64,000 nt of DNA from Gammaproteobacteria bacterium (GTDB lineage Bacteria > Pseudomonadota > Gammaproteobacteria > Arenicellales > Poriferihabitantaceae). Positions 31,147 to 40,188 of the stretch are shown here, piece after piece. Position 1 is the stretch's first letter, and each line of letters begins with the position of its first letter. Position numbers and translations under genes: made by a program. The notes under the pieces were generated by a model, which did not search any database, was not told the DNA's origin, and saw nothing but the letters and a program-made list of their open reading frames with translations. The DNA lies in NCBI GenBank assembly GCA_022822625.1, contig JAJEAV010000011.1:15955-79954 (forward strand), read 5' to 3'.

Positions 31147-32032
31147 GTTTACTGAGCTTGAGTTTTTCCCGGACTGCTTCTGGACCCATAATCGAAACGC
31201 CCATCGCGGAAAGAATGGCGACCGCTCGTTCTACCAGTTGCGCATTGGTTGCGTAGACTCCACGAGAAAGGTACAAATTGTCTTCGAGACCCACCCGCAC
31301 ATTGCCTCCAGCCAGAACAGCCATGGCAACATAAGGCAATTCGTTCCGTCCAATTGAAAAAGCCGAGAAAACCGACCCTTCAGGCAGAGCATGAACCATT
31401 GACATCAGGGTTGTGGGATCATCCGGTGCACCGTATGGAATACCCATGCATAACTGAATCATTACCGGATCGTCGATCAGGCCTTCACGAATCAGCTCCT
31501 TGACAAACACCAGATGTCCGGTATCAAACACTTCCAGTTCCGGACGAACCCCAAGTTCCTGAACTTTTCTGGCCATGGTCCTCAACATGCCCGGAGTGTT
31601 GGTCATGACGTAATCGCTTTCGGCAAAATTCATGGTGCCGCAATCCAGAGTACAGATTTCCGGAAGGCATTGCTCGACATGTGCAAGTCTTTCCAGTGGA
31701 CCTGCCATATCCGTACCCCCTGAGTCAAGTGGCAGGGGATTCTCGTCGGGACCGAAAACCAGGTCACCCCCCATCCCTGCGGTAGTATTTATGACTACAT
31801 CCGTGTCACTGTCCCGTATCCGGTCAATGACCTCGGAAAAGTACTCCGGCTTTCGGGAAGGTGCCCCCGTTTCGGGGTCACGAACATGAATATGTGCAAT
31901 AGCGGCCCCTGCCTTTGCAGCGTCAATGGCTGCACTGGCGATTTGTTCTGGGGTTATTGGGATACCAGGATGTTTGTCAACCGAGTTTCCGGATCCGGTA
32001 ACTGCACAGGTGATAAATGCGTTGAAGTTCAA
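31139..32032 (-). CDS. Beta-keto acid cleavage enzyme (BKACE/DUF849). Candidate dehydrocarnitine cleavage enzyme.
   Basis: 297-aa ORF with a BKACE-type N-terminus ITCAVTGSGNSVDKHPGIPITPEQIASAAIDAAKAGAAIAHIHVRDPETG. Overlaps the lcdH start by 8 nt. Confidence 0.85.
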   Translation of the reverse strand: MNFNAFITCAVTGSGNSVDKHPGIPITPEQIASAAIDAAKAGAAIAHIHVRDPETGAPSRKPEYFSEVIDRIRDSDTDVVINTTAGMGGDLVFGPDENPLPLDSGGTDMAGPLERLAHVEQCLPEICTLDCGTMNFAESDYVMTNTPGMLRTMARKVQELGVRPELEVFDTGHLVFVKELIREGLIDDPVMIQLCMGIPYGAPDDPTTLMSMVHALPEGSVFSAFSIGRNELPYVAMAVLAGGNVRVGLEDNLYLSRGVYATNAQLVERAVAILSAMGVSIMGPEAVREKLKLSKHA

Positions 32033-32172
32033 AACCGGAGCCCTCCAGAGTCTATGTATATGGTCAAGGTGAGAGTGTCATGCGATTTGCAGAAATTTTC
32101 AAGACAAATTTTTCCCGTAGTCACTGAACCAAAAGAAAAATTAATCCTGAGTTTCACTCCGAAGCACAACAC

Positions 32173-32217
32173 CCCCCTATTTCGGATGAAGGCGTAATCT
32201 TCATCCGAAATAGGGGG
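32173..32217. repeat. Perfect 19-bp inverted repeat with 7-nt spacer
   Basis: CCCCCTATTTCGGATGAAG (32173-32191), gcgtaat, CTTCATCCGAAATAGGGGG (32199-32217). About 140 nt upstream of the BKACE start. No T-run on either side. Confidence 0.9.
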
Positions 32218-32455
32218 AGGAAACCATCAAGCCAGAGGCTCGAAATGCCTGTTCTGGACACTCTGGCGGTGACAATCTCGACTGATCGGCCACAAATCAC
32301 CGTCATGCACACTTGTAGTGCCACGCCGTTTTTTATTTCATTCAGAATCAAAATGTTAATGCACTATATGTTAAACTTTGGCTAGCCCGGGTGGTGCTTG
32401 AGCAGCCAGCCCTGCCGCGCATGAGATGAAGACGGTACCACAACGACACCGGCGG

Positions 32456-32698
32456 CTATGCTGTCAGGGATCGGACGCGCCGGGGGCGAGCAACATCGCC
32501 TCGACCATTGAAATACTCGTCAATGATCCGGATCATTCTTTTTCTGTCGAATGAACACTCGTGTCCACCGTGAACCATGCTGACGGGCATTGCCCTCAAT
32601 TGAATAAGATTCTCTTGGTAATCATCGCGGTCCGAGTGATAGACACTGTCGAACAGGTTTCCATCGTAGACCGTGTCACCCGAAAACCCAGAGAGCAA
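32456..32698 (-). pseudogene. 3-prime fragment of an MBL-fold hydrolase gene (paralog of 34676-35482)
   Basis: FSGDTVYDGNLFDSVYHSDRDDYQENLIQLRAMPVSMVHGGHECSFDRKRMIRIIDEYFNGRG aligns with the C-terminal third of the intact gene. At nt level, 32497-32687 vs 34744-34934 show 14 mismatches in 191 nt by hand count. The HxHxDH N-terminal part is absent. Confidence 0.75.
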
Positions 32699-33025
32699 GG
32701 GAGTTACCGGTCATCAGAGGCAAACTTCCCTCGATGAAGACCCTCCTTCTAGCCACCAGTTCGCAACCCGATGCCCAGTTGTCATGGGGCCTACAGCGAT
32801 TCCCGACCGACTCTCTTCAAGGCCGAGTCTGGACACTGGGTAGCCTGCTGCAACCTGACATCAGGACTTGATTCCGGGCAAATCCCCCTCCTCATACCCG
32901 CCTCCTTCCTGCTATACCGGAGATTCCGAAAATATCGAAACAGAAGTCATAACAACGAGGCAAAGAGGGCGTGTTGCTGAAACTGGATTGATCCTTGAGA
33001 AAAACAAGTTTTGATTCGCAAGAGG

Positions 33026-34324
33026 CTAAAGATCGAATGACGACCATAACGAGCTGACCGGCAGGGCATAACAGCGATCACCCAAGATCAACATGTGTTC
33101 ACCGAAATAGAACAAAATACCGGTAAAGGGGCGCTTGCCAGAATTCTTGGCTGCAAACCACTTGAGATGCTTAACGTCATCCATGTGAATTGATTTTGCA
33201 GATTTTACTTCCATTCCTATCAATTGCCCATCACCTTCTGCAAGAATATCAATTTCACGGTGATCCGCACTTCGCCAGTGATATAGAGTAAAACTCCTAT
33301 TCTGAAATGGAATAGATCGCAAGACTTCATTGAACACGAAGCTTTCCAGCAACCCGCCCAGCTTAGCGCTATTGACATGTCCAGGCTCGAACATGCCGGC
33401 ATCCAATCGCCGCAAGGCACATGCCATTCCAGAATCTACAAAATGATATTTCGGGTTTTTAATGTCGCGCTTGGCCTCTCTTGACCTCCATGCCGGAACC
33501 TTAACTACCAACGACAGGCGTAACATGATGTCCAGATAGCGTTGTACGGTCTCCCATTTCATGCCAAGAATGCTGGACAACTCATTGTGATTGACCTCCC
33601 TTGCCGTTCGCATAGCCATTTGGGCAATTAACTTGCGGAAATTATCCGGTTTTCGAAGCGGCATGATATCCGCCAGGTCACGATCAACAATATTGTCAAC
33701 ATAACTTCGATATTGTTTCTGTCTTGGGCCAGTATCTATATTGCGTGGCTCCGGAAATCCACCCTCTAGGATTAGTTGAATGTATTCTTCGCGCCGCATA
33801 ACTTCGATGTCCTGGATCTGTGAAGGCAACGGATTTTTCTGCAACGCCCAATCCAGAATCTGCGGAGGTTTTTTTCGCTTGATTTCTGAAACTGTCAATG
33901 GCCAAAGCTTGAGTGGGACAACTCGACCCGGAAGCGAATCAGCGACCTTCATGCTGGCAAAAATATTGGATGACCCAGTGAGCAGGAACTGCCCTTTTCG
34001 CTTGTCGTTGTCGACAATCTTCTTTATTGCCAGGGACAGGTCTGAGGATCGCTGAATCTCATCAATGATGACCGGTTCGATCCCAGCTTCGGCCCTGAAA
34101 GTCTGTATTGCTCCATCCGGATCAAACTGCAGGGACTGCAACATGATATCGTCATCCAGACTTACATACTTTCCCATGTTCAAGAGATTTCTGACCAGTG
34201 TTGTTTTTCCGACCTGGCGCGGGCCGACAATGTAGACTATCTTGTAGGATGCCAGTGCTGTTTCTAGCCCTCTCAGTAAATGTCTAGGGAAGTTGCTCTC
34301 TACCAATTTCCTGTTTCTTGCCAT
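33026..34324 (-). CDS. AAA+ ATPase with C-terminal DUF4143-type domain (COG1373-like)
   Basis: 432 aa. Walker A (VGPRQVGKTTL), Walker B (VIIDEIQR). The C-terminal half follows the pattern of AAA_14 + DUF4143 proteins. Confidence 0.85.
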   Translation of the reverse strand: MARNRKLVESNFPRHLLRGLETALASYKIVYIVGPRQVGKTTLVRNLLNMGKYVSLDDDIMLQSLQFDPDGAIQTFRAEAGIEPVIIDEIQRSSDLSLAIKKIVDNDKRKGQFLLTGSSNIFASMKVADSLPGRVVPLKLWPLTVSEIKRKKPPQILDWALQKNPLPSQIQDIEVMRREEYIQLILEGGFPEPRNIDTGPRQKQYRSYVDNIVDRDLADIMPLRKPDNFRKLIAQMAMRTAREVNHNELSSILGMKWETVQRYLDIMLRLSLVVKVPAWRSREAKRDIKNPKYHFVDSGMACALRRLDAGMFEPGHVNSAKLGGLLESFVFNEVLRSIPFQNRSFTLYHWRSADHREIDILAEGDGQLIGMEVKSAKSIHMDDVKHLKWFAAKNSGKRPFTGILFYFGEHMLILGDRCYALPVSSLWSSFDL

Positions 34325-34675
34325 TTTTTACTTCAAGACGATGTCTTTCGATCAGCTGCAACAAATCACCAGTTGATGCACAAACAAATGCTGTTATGCC
34401 TTTTACCGAATCATCATCATGGACTTCACTATATTGACAACATATTTATTTCTATATGACCGTTATACTATACACCAATTTACTAATACATTTTTCACCA
34501 AATATCCGTTATTTTCATCACGATATTCCCTATAGATTTCGGTCAGCAGAATCAGGAATTGCAGGCTACACATCGGAATCCCTGCTTTTCATCGGAAGTG
34601 CCTACTGCCTCTTGAGACACGATGCAGGCTTATTCATAGACGATGCAGGCAGTTAACTCGACCTTGATCAGACTG

Positions 34676-35482
34676 CTACATGCGATTTTCAGTTGCGAAA
34701 CTGCGAACGGAATGCTTGATCCAAGAGTCGACATCACCAAGAACGCCTCGACCATTGAAATACTCGTCAATGATCTGAATCATTCTTTTTCTGTCGAATG
34801 AACGCTCGTGCCCGCCGTGAACCACGCTGACGGGCATTTCCCTCAATCGAATCAGACTCTCTCGGTAATCATCACGATCCGAGTGATAGACACTGTCGAA
34901 CAGGTCTCCATCGTAGACCGTGTCACCCGAAAACAGGATGCCGGTTGCCTCCTCCCAAAGAGCAATTGACCCCGGAGAATGCCCAGGGAGATGCAAAATC
35001 TGAAATACTCGGTTCCCCAGATCCAGCACATCCCCTTCGTCGAGGTAGCCAGTCAGCGGTGCCGGACGAACGGAATACTGTCGAAAGTCGAAATTCTCCT
35101 GTGGCAGTGCCAGAAACGTCTCGGCCCGAACGAAACTGCTCGCAACCGTGTTGTCCAGCGTGGGGTGAGAGTGGACATCCTGCTCCAGTCGATGGCCCAG
35201 ACGACAGTCGAATTCATGAGCACCGCCGATGTGGTCGAAGTGGCAGTGTGTGGAGATACATTTGAGCGGTTTTTCCGAAAGGCGGGCAAGTTCAGGTTTG
35301 AGCGGGCGCAAACCCATTCCGGAATCGATCAAGAGATCGCTGTCCCGCCCCTCTATATGCCAGATGTTACATCGCAACCAGCGTGCGACATGAATTTCGG
35401 TAATCAGGCGAATGCCCTCGCCTATTTTTCTGAACGAATACCAGCAGTCAGGCACCCGAGAGGATTTTTGAACAGAGGTCAC
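34676..35482 (-). CDS. MBL-fold metallo-hydrolase
   Basis: THCHFDHIGGAHEF (HxHxDH motif), HLPGHSPGS, and VHGGHE. 268 aa. Confidence 0.85.
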   Translation of the reverse strand: MTSVQKSSRVPDCWYSFRKIGEGIRLITEIHVARWLRCNIWHIEGRDSDLLIDSGMGLRPLKPELARLSEKPLKCISTHCHFDHIGGAHEFDCRLGHRLEQDVHSHPTLDNTVASSFVRAETFLALPQENFDFRQYSVRPAPLTGYLDEGDVLDLGNRVFQILHLPGHSPGSIALWEEATGILFSGDTVYDGDLFDSVYHSDRDDYRESLIRLREMPVSVVHGGHERSFDRKRMIQIIDEYFNGRGVLGDVDSWIKHSVRSFATENRM

Positions 35483-35703
35483 GATAGATGATGCCTCTTC
35501 ATGATTGCGATATAGTTCTCTACCCTGTCTTCTGGAAAACTGCGGATGATGAAACCATGATCCTGATGCACTTTATCGAGAATGGAATTCTTTTCGGCCA
35601 ATGTAGGCAACGGTTCCGGGTGATTTTGATTTTACGAGGAATCGAGTGTTACAATGTGATAATCTGCTTGCAGATAACAGTGAGGCTCGACCGAAACTCT
35701 TGT

Positions 35704-37782
35704 TCAGGCGCCTTGTTCCAGCCGAATACCCAGTTTTGCCTGCATTTTCCTGCTGATGCTCTGGGTAATCCGGTCTGCGATCATTGCAATGATCGCCATT
35801 CCGATGCCTGCAGTCATGCCAACTGCAAAGTCTCCGTCTCCCAGACCGATGTAAATTTGCTGTCCAAGATCATCAGTTCCAACCAATGCAGTAATGACCA
35901 GCATTGAAATGGCGAACATGATGGTCTGATTCAGTCCCAACATGATTGTCGGCACGGCTAGAGGAAGTTTTACCTGGAACAGCAACTGCATACGAGTAGA
36001 ACCGATTGCCGTTGCAGCTTCAACCACCTCCTTGGAGAGATTCCGGAGACCGTGCTCGGTATAGCGAATCGCCGGTACGATTGCAAAAATCACTATCGAC
36101 AAAAGCGCAGTGAATTCGCCAATCTTGAATATCATGACAAAGGGAATGAGAATGACAAACAGCGGCATGGTCTGCAACGTGTCGATTACAGGACGAACGA
36201 GAACGGAAACTTTGTCGTTCTCCGATGCCCAGATTCCAATCGCACTGCCAAGAACAAATGCGATCAGAACGGCAACACCGCACAGATACAGGGAAATAAC
36301 CGCCGGATTCCAGATTCCGGTCAACAGGATAAACGCCAGTCCTGCAGCGATCCAGGCTGCAAGACTCCTGCCACCAGTCTGCCAGCCAATAACGATAATG
36401 ATCATGCATAAAGCAGTCCAGGCTACTCCCTGCAGTCCGCTGTAGAGCAACAGCCCAATCAGTGCTGCCCAGACAGCCAATAGATAACGACCCTTGATGA
36501 CCATGAATGCAACTGGCACTGCTACGAGAACCACATAGACAGTCGTAACCAGGGGAGTCATCGAAAAGCCCCATGAAAATGGGCTGATCGCCTGATTCAG
36601 TCCGATCTTGATCGGCAGCATCAGATAGAAAAACGCGGTCTGCTTGATGTTATCGAGAACAACACGAAACTCTAGAAAAAACCATTCCAGACCGGCATTC
36701 ATGGATGGTGCCGGATTGATGATCAGTTCTTTCGGCCATACAGACAGTATGGGAATGAGATGTGCCATGAGCGCCGTCATCAATACCACGCCTCCGCAAA
36801 TCAGCCAGCCCCGCTGCCTCCTTTTCTTCTCGGCAAGGTCAAGTGACGCACTGCGCATCGCGAAACCCGATGTCATACGATCAAGAATCATGGCCATCAA
36901 TGCAATCACAATGCCAGCCAGAATACTTTCTCCAAACAGGGCCTTGCGTATGGTTGAGAGAACTTGCCAGCCAATATCGTTGGTCCCCCCGATTATCGAG
37001 GCAATGACGACCATTGACAATGAAGCCATGGTGGTCTGATTGATGCCCAGAAGCAACTGGCGACGGGCAGTCGGCACCCGCACAGACCAGAACAATTGTG
37101 ATGGGGTTGCCCCGCTCATTATGCCGGATTCTATGATGGGTTGAGGTACGCCCCGCAAACCAATGATCGTATTGCGAACCATCGGCGGAAAGGCAAACAG
37201 CACGGAAGCTACTAGCCCAACTGTCGAACCAAATCCAAAAAGCAGCAGAATTGGCAGGAGATAGGCAAAGGCCGGTACTGTTTGCATCAAATCCAGCGTC
37301 GGCATTATAGCCCGATAAGCCCGTTCTGACATAAATCCCCAGGTACCGATCCCAAACCCTATGGCAACAGCGAGGGGAATCGAAACAACGACAAGCGAAA
37401 AGGAGTTCAGTGACTGTTCCCAGAAACCGAATGTCACCATGTACAGTATGCTCATTGCGCAGAACACTGCCAGGCCATATCCTTTCGCCCGATAGGCCGC
37501 ATAAGTTGCCAGAACCAGCATTGCTACCCAAGGTACGGCATGCAGAACCGTCTTGGCAAACAGGATTGGCCAGTCGAATACCCAGGCAATAGCCTTGAAT
37601 AGCCAGCCGAATGTCACTACAAACCAGCGCATGCCGTTGTTCAACGGCTCGGTCAGAGATAGGGCCAGGTTTTCGGGGTATTTGGACAGCATGCCCAAAC
37701 TGTCACCCAGAATAACCGTGATCGCAGTGAAGGCCACTACGACTGACCAGATATAGAGCGACTGTTTTGTATTGCCGTTCAA
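35704..37782 (-). CDS. proW: Glycine betaine/proline betaine ABC transporter permease, long (692 aa) duplicated/fused form
   Basis: Highly hydrophobic 692-aa ORF containing two BPD-transporter-like halves. Adjacent to proV/proX-like genes. Confidence 0.85.
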   Translation of the reverse strand: MNGNTKQSLYIWSVVVAFTAITVILGDSLGMLSKYPENLALSLTEPLNNGMRWFVVTFGWLFKAIAWVFDWPILFAKTVLHAVPWVAMLVLATYAAYRAKGYGLAVFCAMSILYMVTFGFWEQSLNSFSLVVVSIPLAVAIGFGIGTWGFMSERAYRAIMPTLDLMQTVPAFAYLLPILLLFGFGSTVGLVASVLFAFPPMVRNTIIGLRGVPQPIIESGIMSGATPSQLFWSVRVPTARRQLLLGINQTTMASLSMVVIASIIGGTNDIGWQVLSTIRKALFGESILAGIVIALMAMILDRMTSGFAMRSASLDLAEKKRRQRGWLICGGVVLMTALMAHLIPILSVWPKELIINPAPSMNAGLEWFFLEFRVVLDNIKQTAFFYLMLPIKIGLNQAISPFSWGFSMTPLVTTVYVVLVAVPVAFMVIKGRYLLAVWAALIGLLLYSGLQGVAWTALCMIIIVIGWQTGGRSLAAWIAAGLAFILLTGIWNPAVISLYLCGVAVLIAFVLGSAIGIWASENDKVSVLVRPVIDTLQTMPLFVILIPFVMIFKIGEFTALLSIVIFAIVPAIRYTEHGLRNLSKEVVEAATAIGSTRMQLLFQVKLPLAVPTIMLGLNQTIMFAISMLVITALVGTDDLGQQIYIGLGDGDFAVGMTAGIGMAIIAMIADRITQSISRKMQAKLGIRLEQGA

Positions 37783-37784
37783 GA

Positions 37785-38861
37785 TCAGCTTTTTGCTGTG
37801 GTAGTTGTGGACATGCCGCTCGCAAGAGCGGCAATCACGTCCTTGCCTGTCATATGGTAAAGAGAATGGTCTGCGGTGCGAACTGCTACCCCGGAGTCAT
37901 GCTCTGAAAGATAGGGAAGCAGGTCACATACTTTTGTATCAGCAGATACTTCCCTCACGCCTTCCGGTGGCGCATTGTCAGACGCAATATCACCAGCAGT
38001 AAGTATTAGCTCCCATGGCACATCATTGGTGAATTCCCGGACATAGGAATCTTCCGGCTTCAGGATCAGGTCGACAGGTCTGCCAATCTGAACCACGGCG
38101 CCGTCCTTCATGATGGCCATCCGGTCTGCAACGCGTAACGCTTCGAGAAAGTCATGCGTGATAAAAACAATCGACTTGTGCAGTTCCTGCTGCAGACGCA
38201 GAAATTCATCCTGCATCTGTCTACGAATGAGCGGGTCCAAGGCACTGAACGGTTCATCCAGAAACCACACCTCCGGTTCGACAGCCAGCGACCTTGCGAT
38301 CCCGACTCGCTGCTGCTGTCCGCCTGATAGCTGGCTCGGATAACTGTCTTCACGTCCCTCAAGACCCACCAGGGCAATCACCCGCTCGACTCGGGCCGAA
38401 CGATCCTGAAGTGGCATGCCTTGAAGCTTGAGTGGAAATGCAATATTTTCGAACACATTGAGGTGGGGCAACAGGCCAAAGCTCTGAAAAACCATCCCCA
38501 TCTTGTAACGCCGAAAATCAATGAGCTCTTTCGGGCTGGCCTGTAGCAGATTCAGCCCATCCAGCAGTATCTCCCCCGAAGTCGGTTCCACCAGTCTTGA
38601 CAGACAGCGAACAACGGTTGATTTTCCGGAACCAGACAAGCCCATGATGACGAAAATCTCCCCCGGCATCAGATCAAAACTTACATCTGCGGACGCGACA
38701 ATACCGCCTTGCTCTCGAATGCTCTGAGCGAGTAGCTTGCCATCGCCGCCATTTTGCGGCAGACGACTCTCGTCGCTCAGAAACCCCGAAACACCGGGAC
38801 CATAGAGTTTCCAGAGATTCCTGCAAGACAGTTTCGGCGTGAAAGAGTCATTGACGGACAT
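37785..38861 (-). CDS. proV: Glycine betaine/proline ABC transporter ATP-binding protein
   Basis: Walker A (GLSGSGKST), signature LSGGQQQRVGIARSL, Walker B (WFLDEPFSALD). C-terminal extension as in ProV/OpuAA. Confidence 0.9.
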   Translation of the reverse strand: MSVNDSFTPKLSCRNLWKLYGPGVSGFLSDESRLPQNGGDGKLLAQSIREQGGIVASADVSFDLMPGEIFVIMGLSGSGKSTVVRCLSRLVEPTSGEILLDGLNLLQASPKELIDFRRYKMGMVFQSFGLLPHLNVFENIAFPLKLQGMPLQDRSARVERVIALVGLEGREDSYPSQLSGGQQQRVGIARSLAVEPEVWFLDEPFSALDPLIRRQMQDEFLRLQQELHKSIVFITHDFLEALRVADRMAIMKDGAVVQIGRPVDLILKPEDSYVREFTNDVPWELILTAGDIASDNAPPEGVREVSADTKVCDLLPYLSEHDSGVAVRTADHSLYHMTGKDVIAALASGMSTTTTAKS

Positions 38862-38930
38862 CGCTCACATACCTCAACCAGAGATTCTAACGACTGCGTT
38901 TATGGCAATGAAAACAGATTCACATGCTTT

Positions 38931-39863
38931 CTACATTGCTGACTCAATCCACGGACGCCAGACCGATTCATTGGCATCCATCCATTCCTGAACGACTTCC
39001 TCTACCGGACGATTATTCTGGTCGATTTCGAAAATGAGACTGTTTTGCGCTTCGTTGGAGATTGTCATCTGCTCTGCAACTTTCAGGGCGTCCGGAAATT
39101 TCTCTCCGAATGACCTTGTGACAATTTTTTCGACAGGCGTCTGATCAAATCCGCAGGCGGAACCGCGTTTCTGCACTCCTTCATCACATTTACCGGGAGA
39201 TGTATCCCAGTTTACCCAGCGCATGTCCACTTCGGAAAAAACCCAGTGCGGTTCCCAGAACATCATCAGGATAGGCTGCTCTGCTACCAGTGCGCTTTTC
39301 AGTTCGGCAACCATTGCGCCTTCCGAACCGCCGGGAATCGGCTTGAAGGGCAGATCAATGAGTTTTACCAGGTCAGCAGAACGAGTCCCCCAGTCTGCTG
39401 GATAGGTAATCAGGCGACCATTTGGAAACGTATCTGCTGCGGCAAATGCGTTTGCACAATCATACAGTGCCTGATATGAAGGAAGTCCAGGACACTTGTC
39501 TTCCATATATGGCGGATAAATCCATCCCTCATTTGCATTCAGGCCCAGTCTTCCCAACACGACTATATCGCCGCTTTCAACCGCCTTTGGGTAGATTTCG
39601 CCGACATTATTCGTCCAGGTTTCAGGTTGAAAGTGCAGGTCGCCTTCCGCAATCGCTGCAAGCTGGGGAACTGCTCCGGCAGTAATCAATTCGACTTCAT
39701 GCCCAAGCTGCCGGAACAGGTTAGCGGCAAAATGTGCTGAAATGTGCTGACCGGTCCACTCATTCAATGGAATTTTGATGGACTCTGCATTGGCGGTGCC
39801 ATGAACTGACGCTATTGCGAATATTGCCAGAAAGGCTGATTTCAAGAATTTAAAGATGTACAT
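38931..39863 (-). CDS. proX: Glycine betaine-binding periplasmic protein (OpuAC/ProX family)
   Basis: Signal peptide (FLAIFAIASVHGTANA). Trp-rich ligand-box segments (NEWTGQ, ETWTNN, MMFWEPHW). Good RBS GAGGAG upstream of ATG 39863. Confidence 0.85.
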   Translation of the reverse strand: MYIFKFLKSAFLAIFAIASVHGTANAESIKIPLNEWTGQHISAHFAANLFRQLGHEVELITAGAVPQLAAIAEGDLHFQPETWTNNVGEIYPKAVESGDIVVLGRLGLNANEGWIYPPYMEDKCPGLPSYQALYDCANAFAAADTFPNGRLITYPADWGTRSADLVKLIDLPFKPIPGGSEGAMVAELKSALVAEQPILMMFWEPHWVFSEVDMRWVNWDTSPGKCDEGVQKRGSACGFDQTPVEKIVTRSFGEKFPDALKVAEQMTISNEAQNSLIFEIDQNNRPVEEVVQEWMDANESVWRPWIESAM

Positions 39864-39897
39864 ATTGTCTCCTCAGGCAAACTACATTAGTTATTAC

Positions 39898-39951
39898 GTT
39901 TACCATTATATGGGCTTTTACCATTATATGGGCGTTTACTATTATATGGGC
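39898..39951. repeat. Three tandem 18-bp direct repeats, each containing TATAAT on the proX-coding strand
   Basis: gTTTACCATTATATGGGC / tTTTACCATTATATGGGC / gTTTACtATTATATGGGC at 39898-39915, 39916-39933 and 39934-39951. On the minus strand each unit reads GCCCATATAATGGTAAA. Located 35-88 nt upstream of the proX ATG. Confidence 0.9.
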
Positions 39952-40188
39952 ACTTGAAACGCTTTGACTCAAGAATTTTTTCATAATTCCATGTTAAACC
40001 TGCTGTTAGGTTTCGCTCTAGCTTCATTTGAATGCAATCTCGCTCATGAATCTCACTCAAAACAATCACAGGAGTTGGGGCTGGAGAACGTATAAAGATC
40101 AACGCCCCATGACCTGGTATCCTGAATTCTGCCATCTCTGCCAATAAGGTAATACCGGGAGAATAAAACACACAGTTTCAACCGAAAC

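Noticed and set aside
32261-32272. CTCTGGCGGTGA, identical to the core of a phage lambda OR/OL operator half-site
   Set aside because: It is a single 12-mer with no second half-site, no repressor gene and no prophage context. Most likely coincidence.
34619-34650. 11-bp direct repeat ACGATGCAGGC x2 just downstream of the MBL gene stop
   Set aside because: It is too short and isolated to interpret, with no dyad or further copies noticed.
39898-39951. Possible CRISPR array
   Set aside because: The repeats are directly abutting 18-mers with no spacers, and there are only three units. This is a tandem repeat, not a CRISPR.
39887-40171. 94-aa minus-strand ORF ending KCPYNSKRPYNGKSPYNGKRNN (peptide repeat)
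   Set aside because: The peptide repeat is just the translation of the 3 x 18-bp DNA repeat in the proX promoter region. There is no RBS or family signal.
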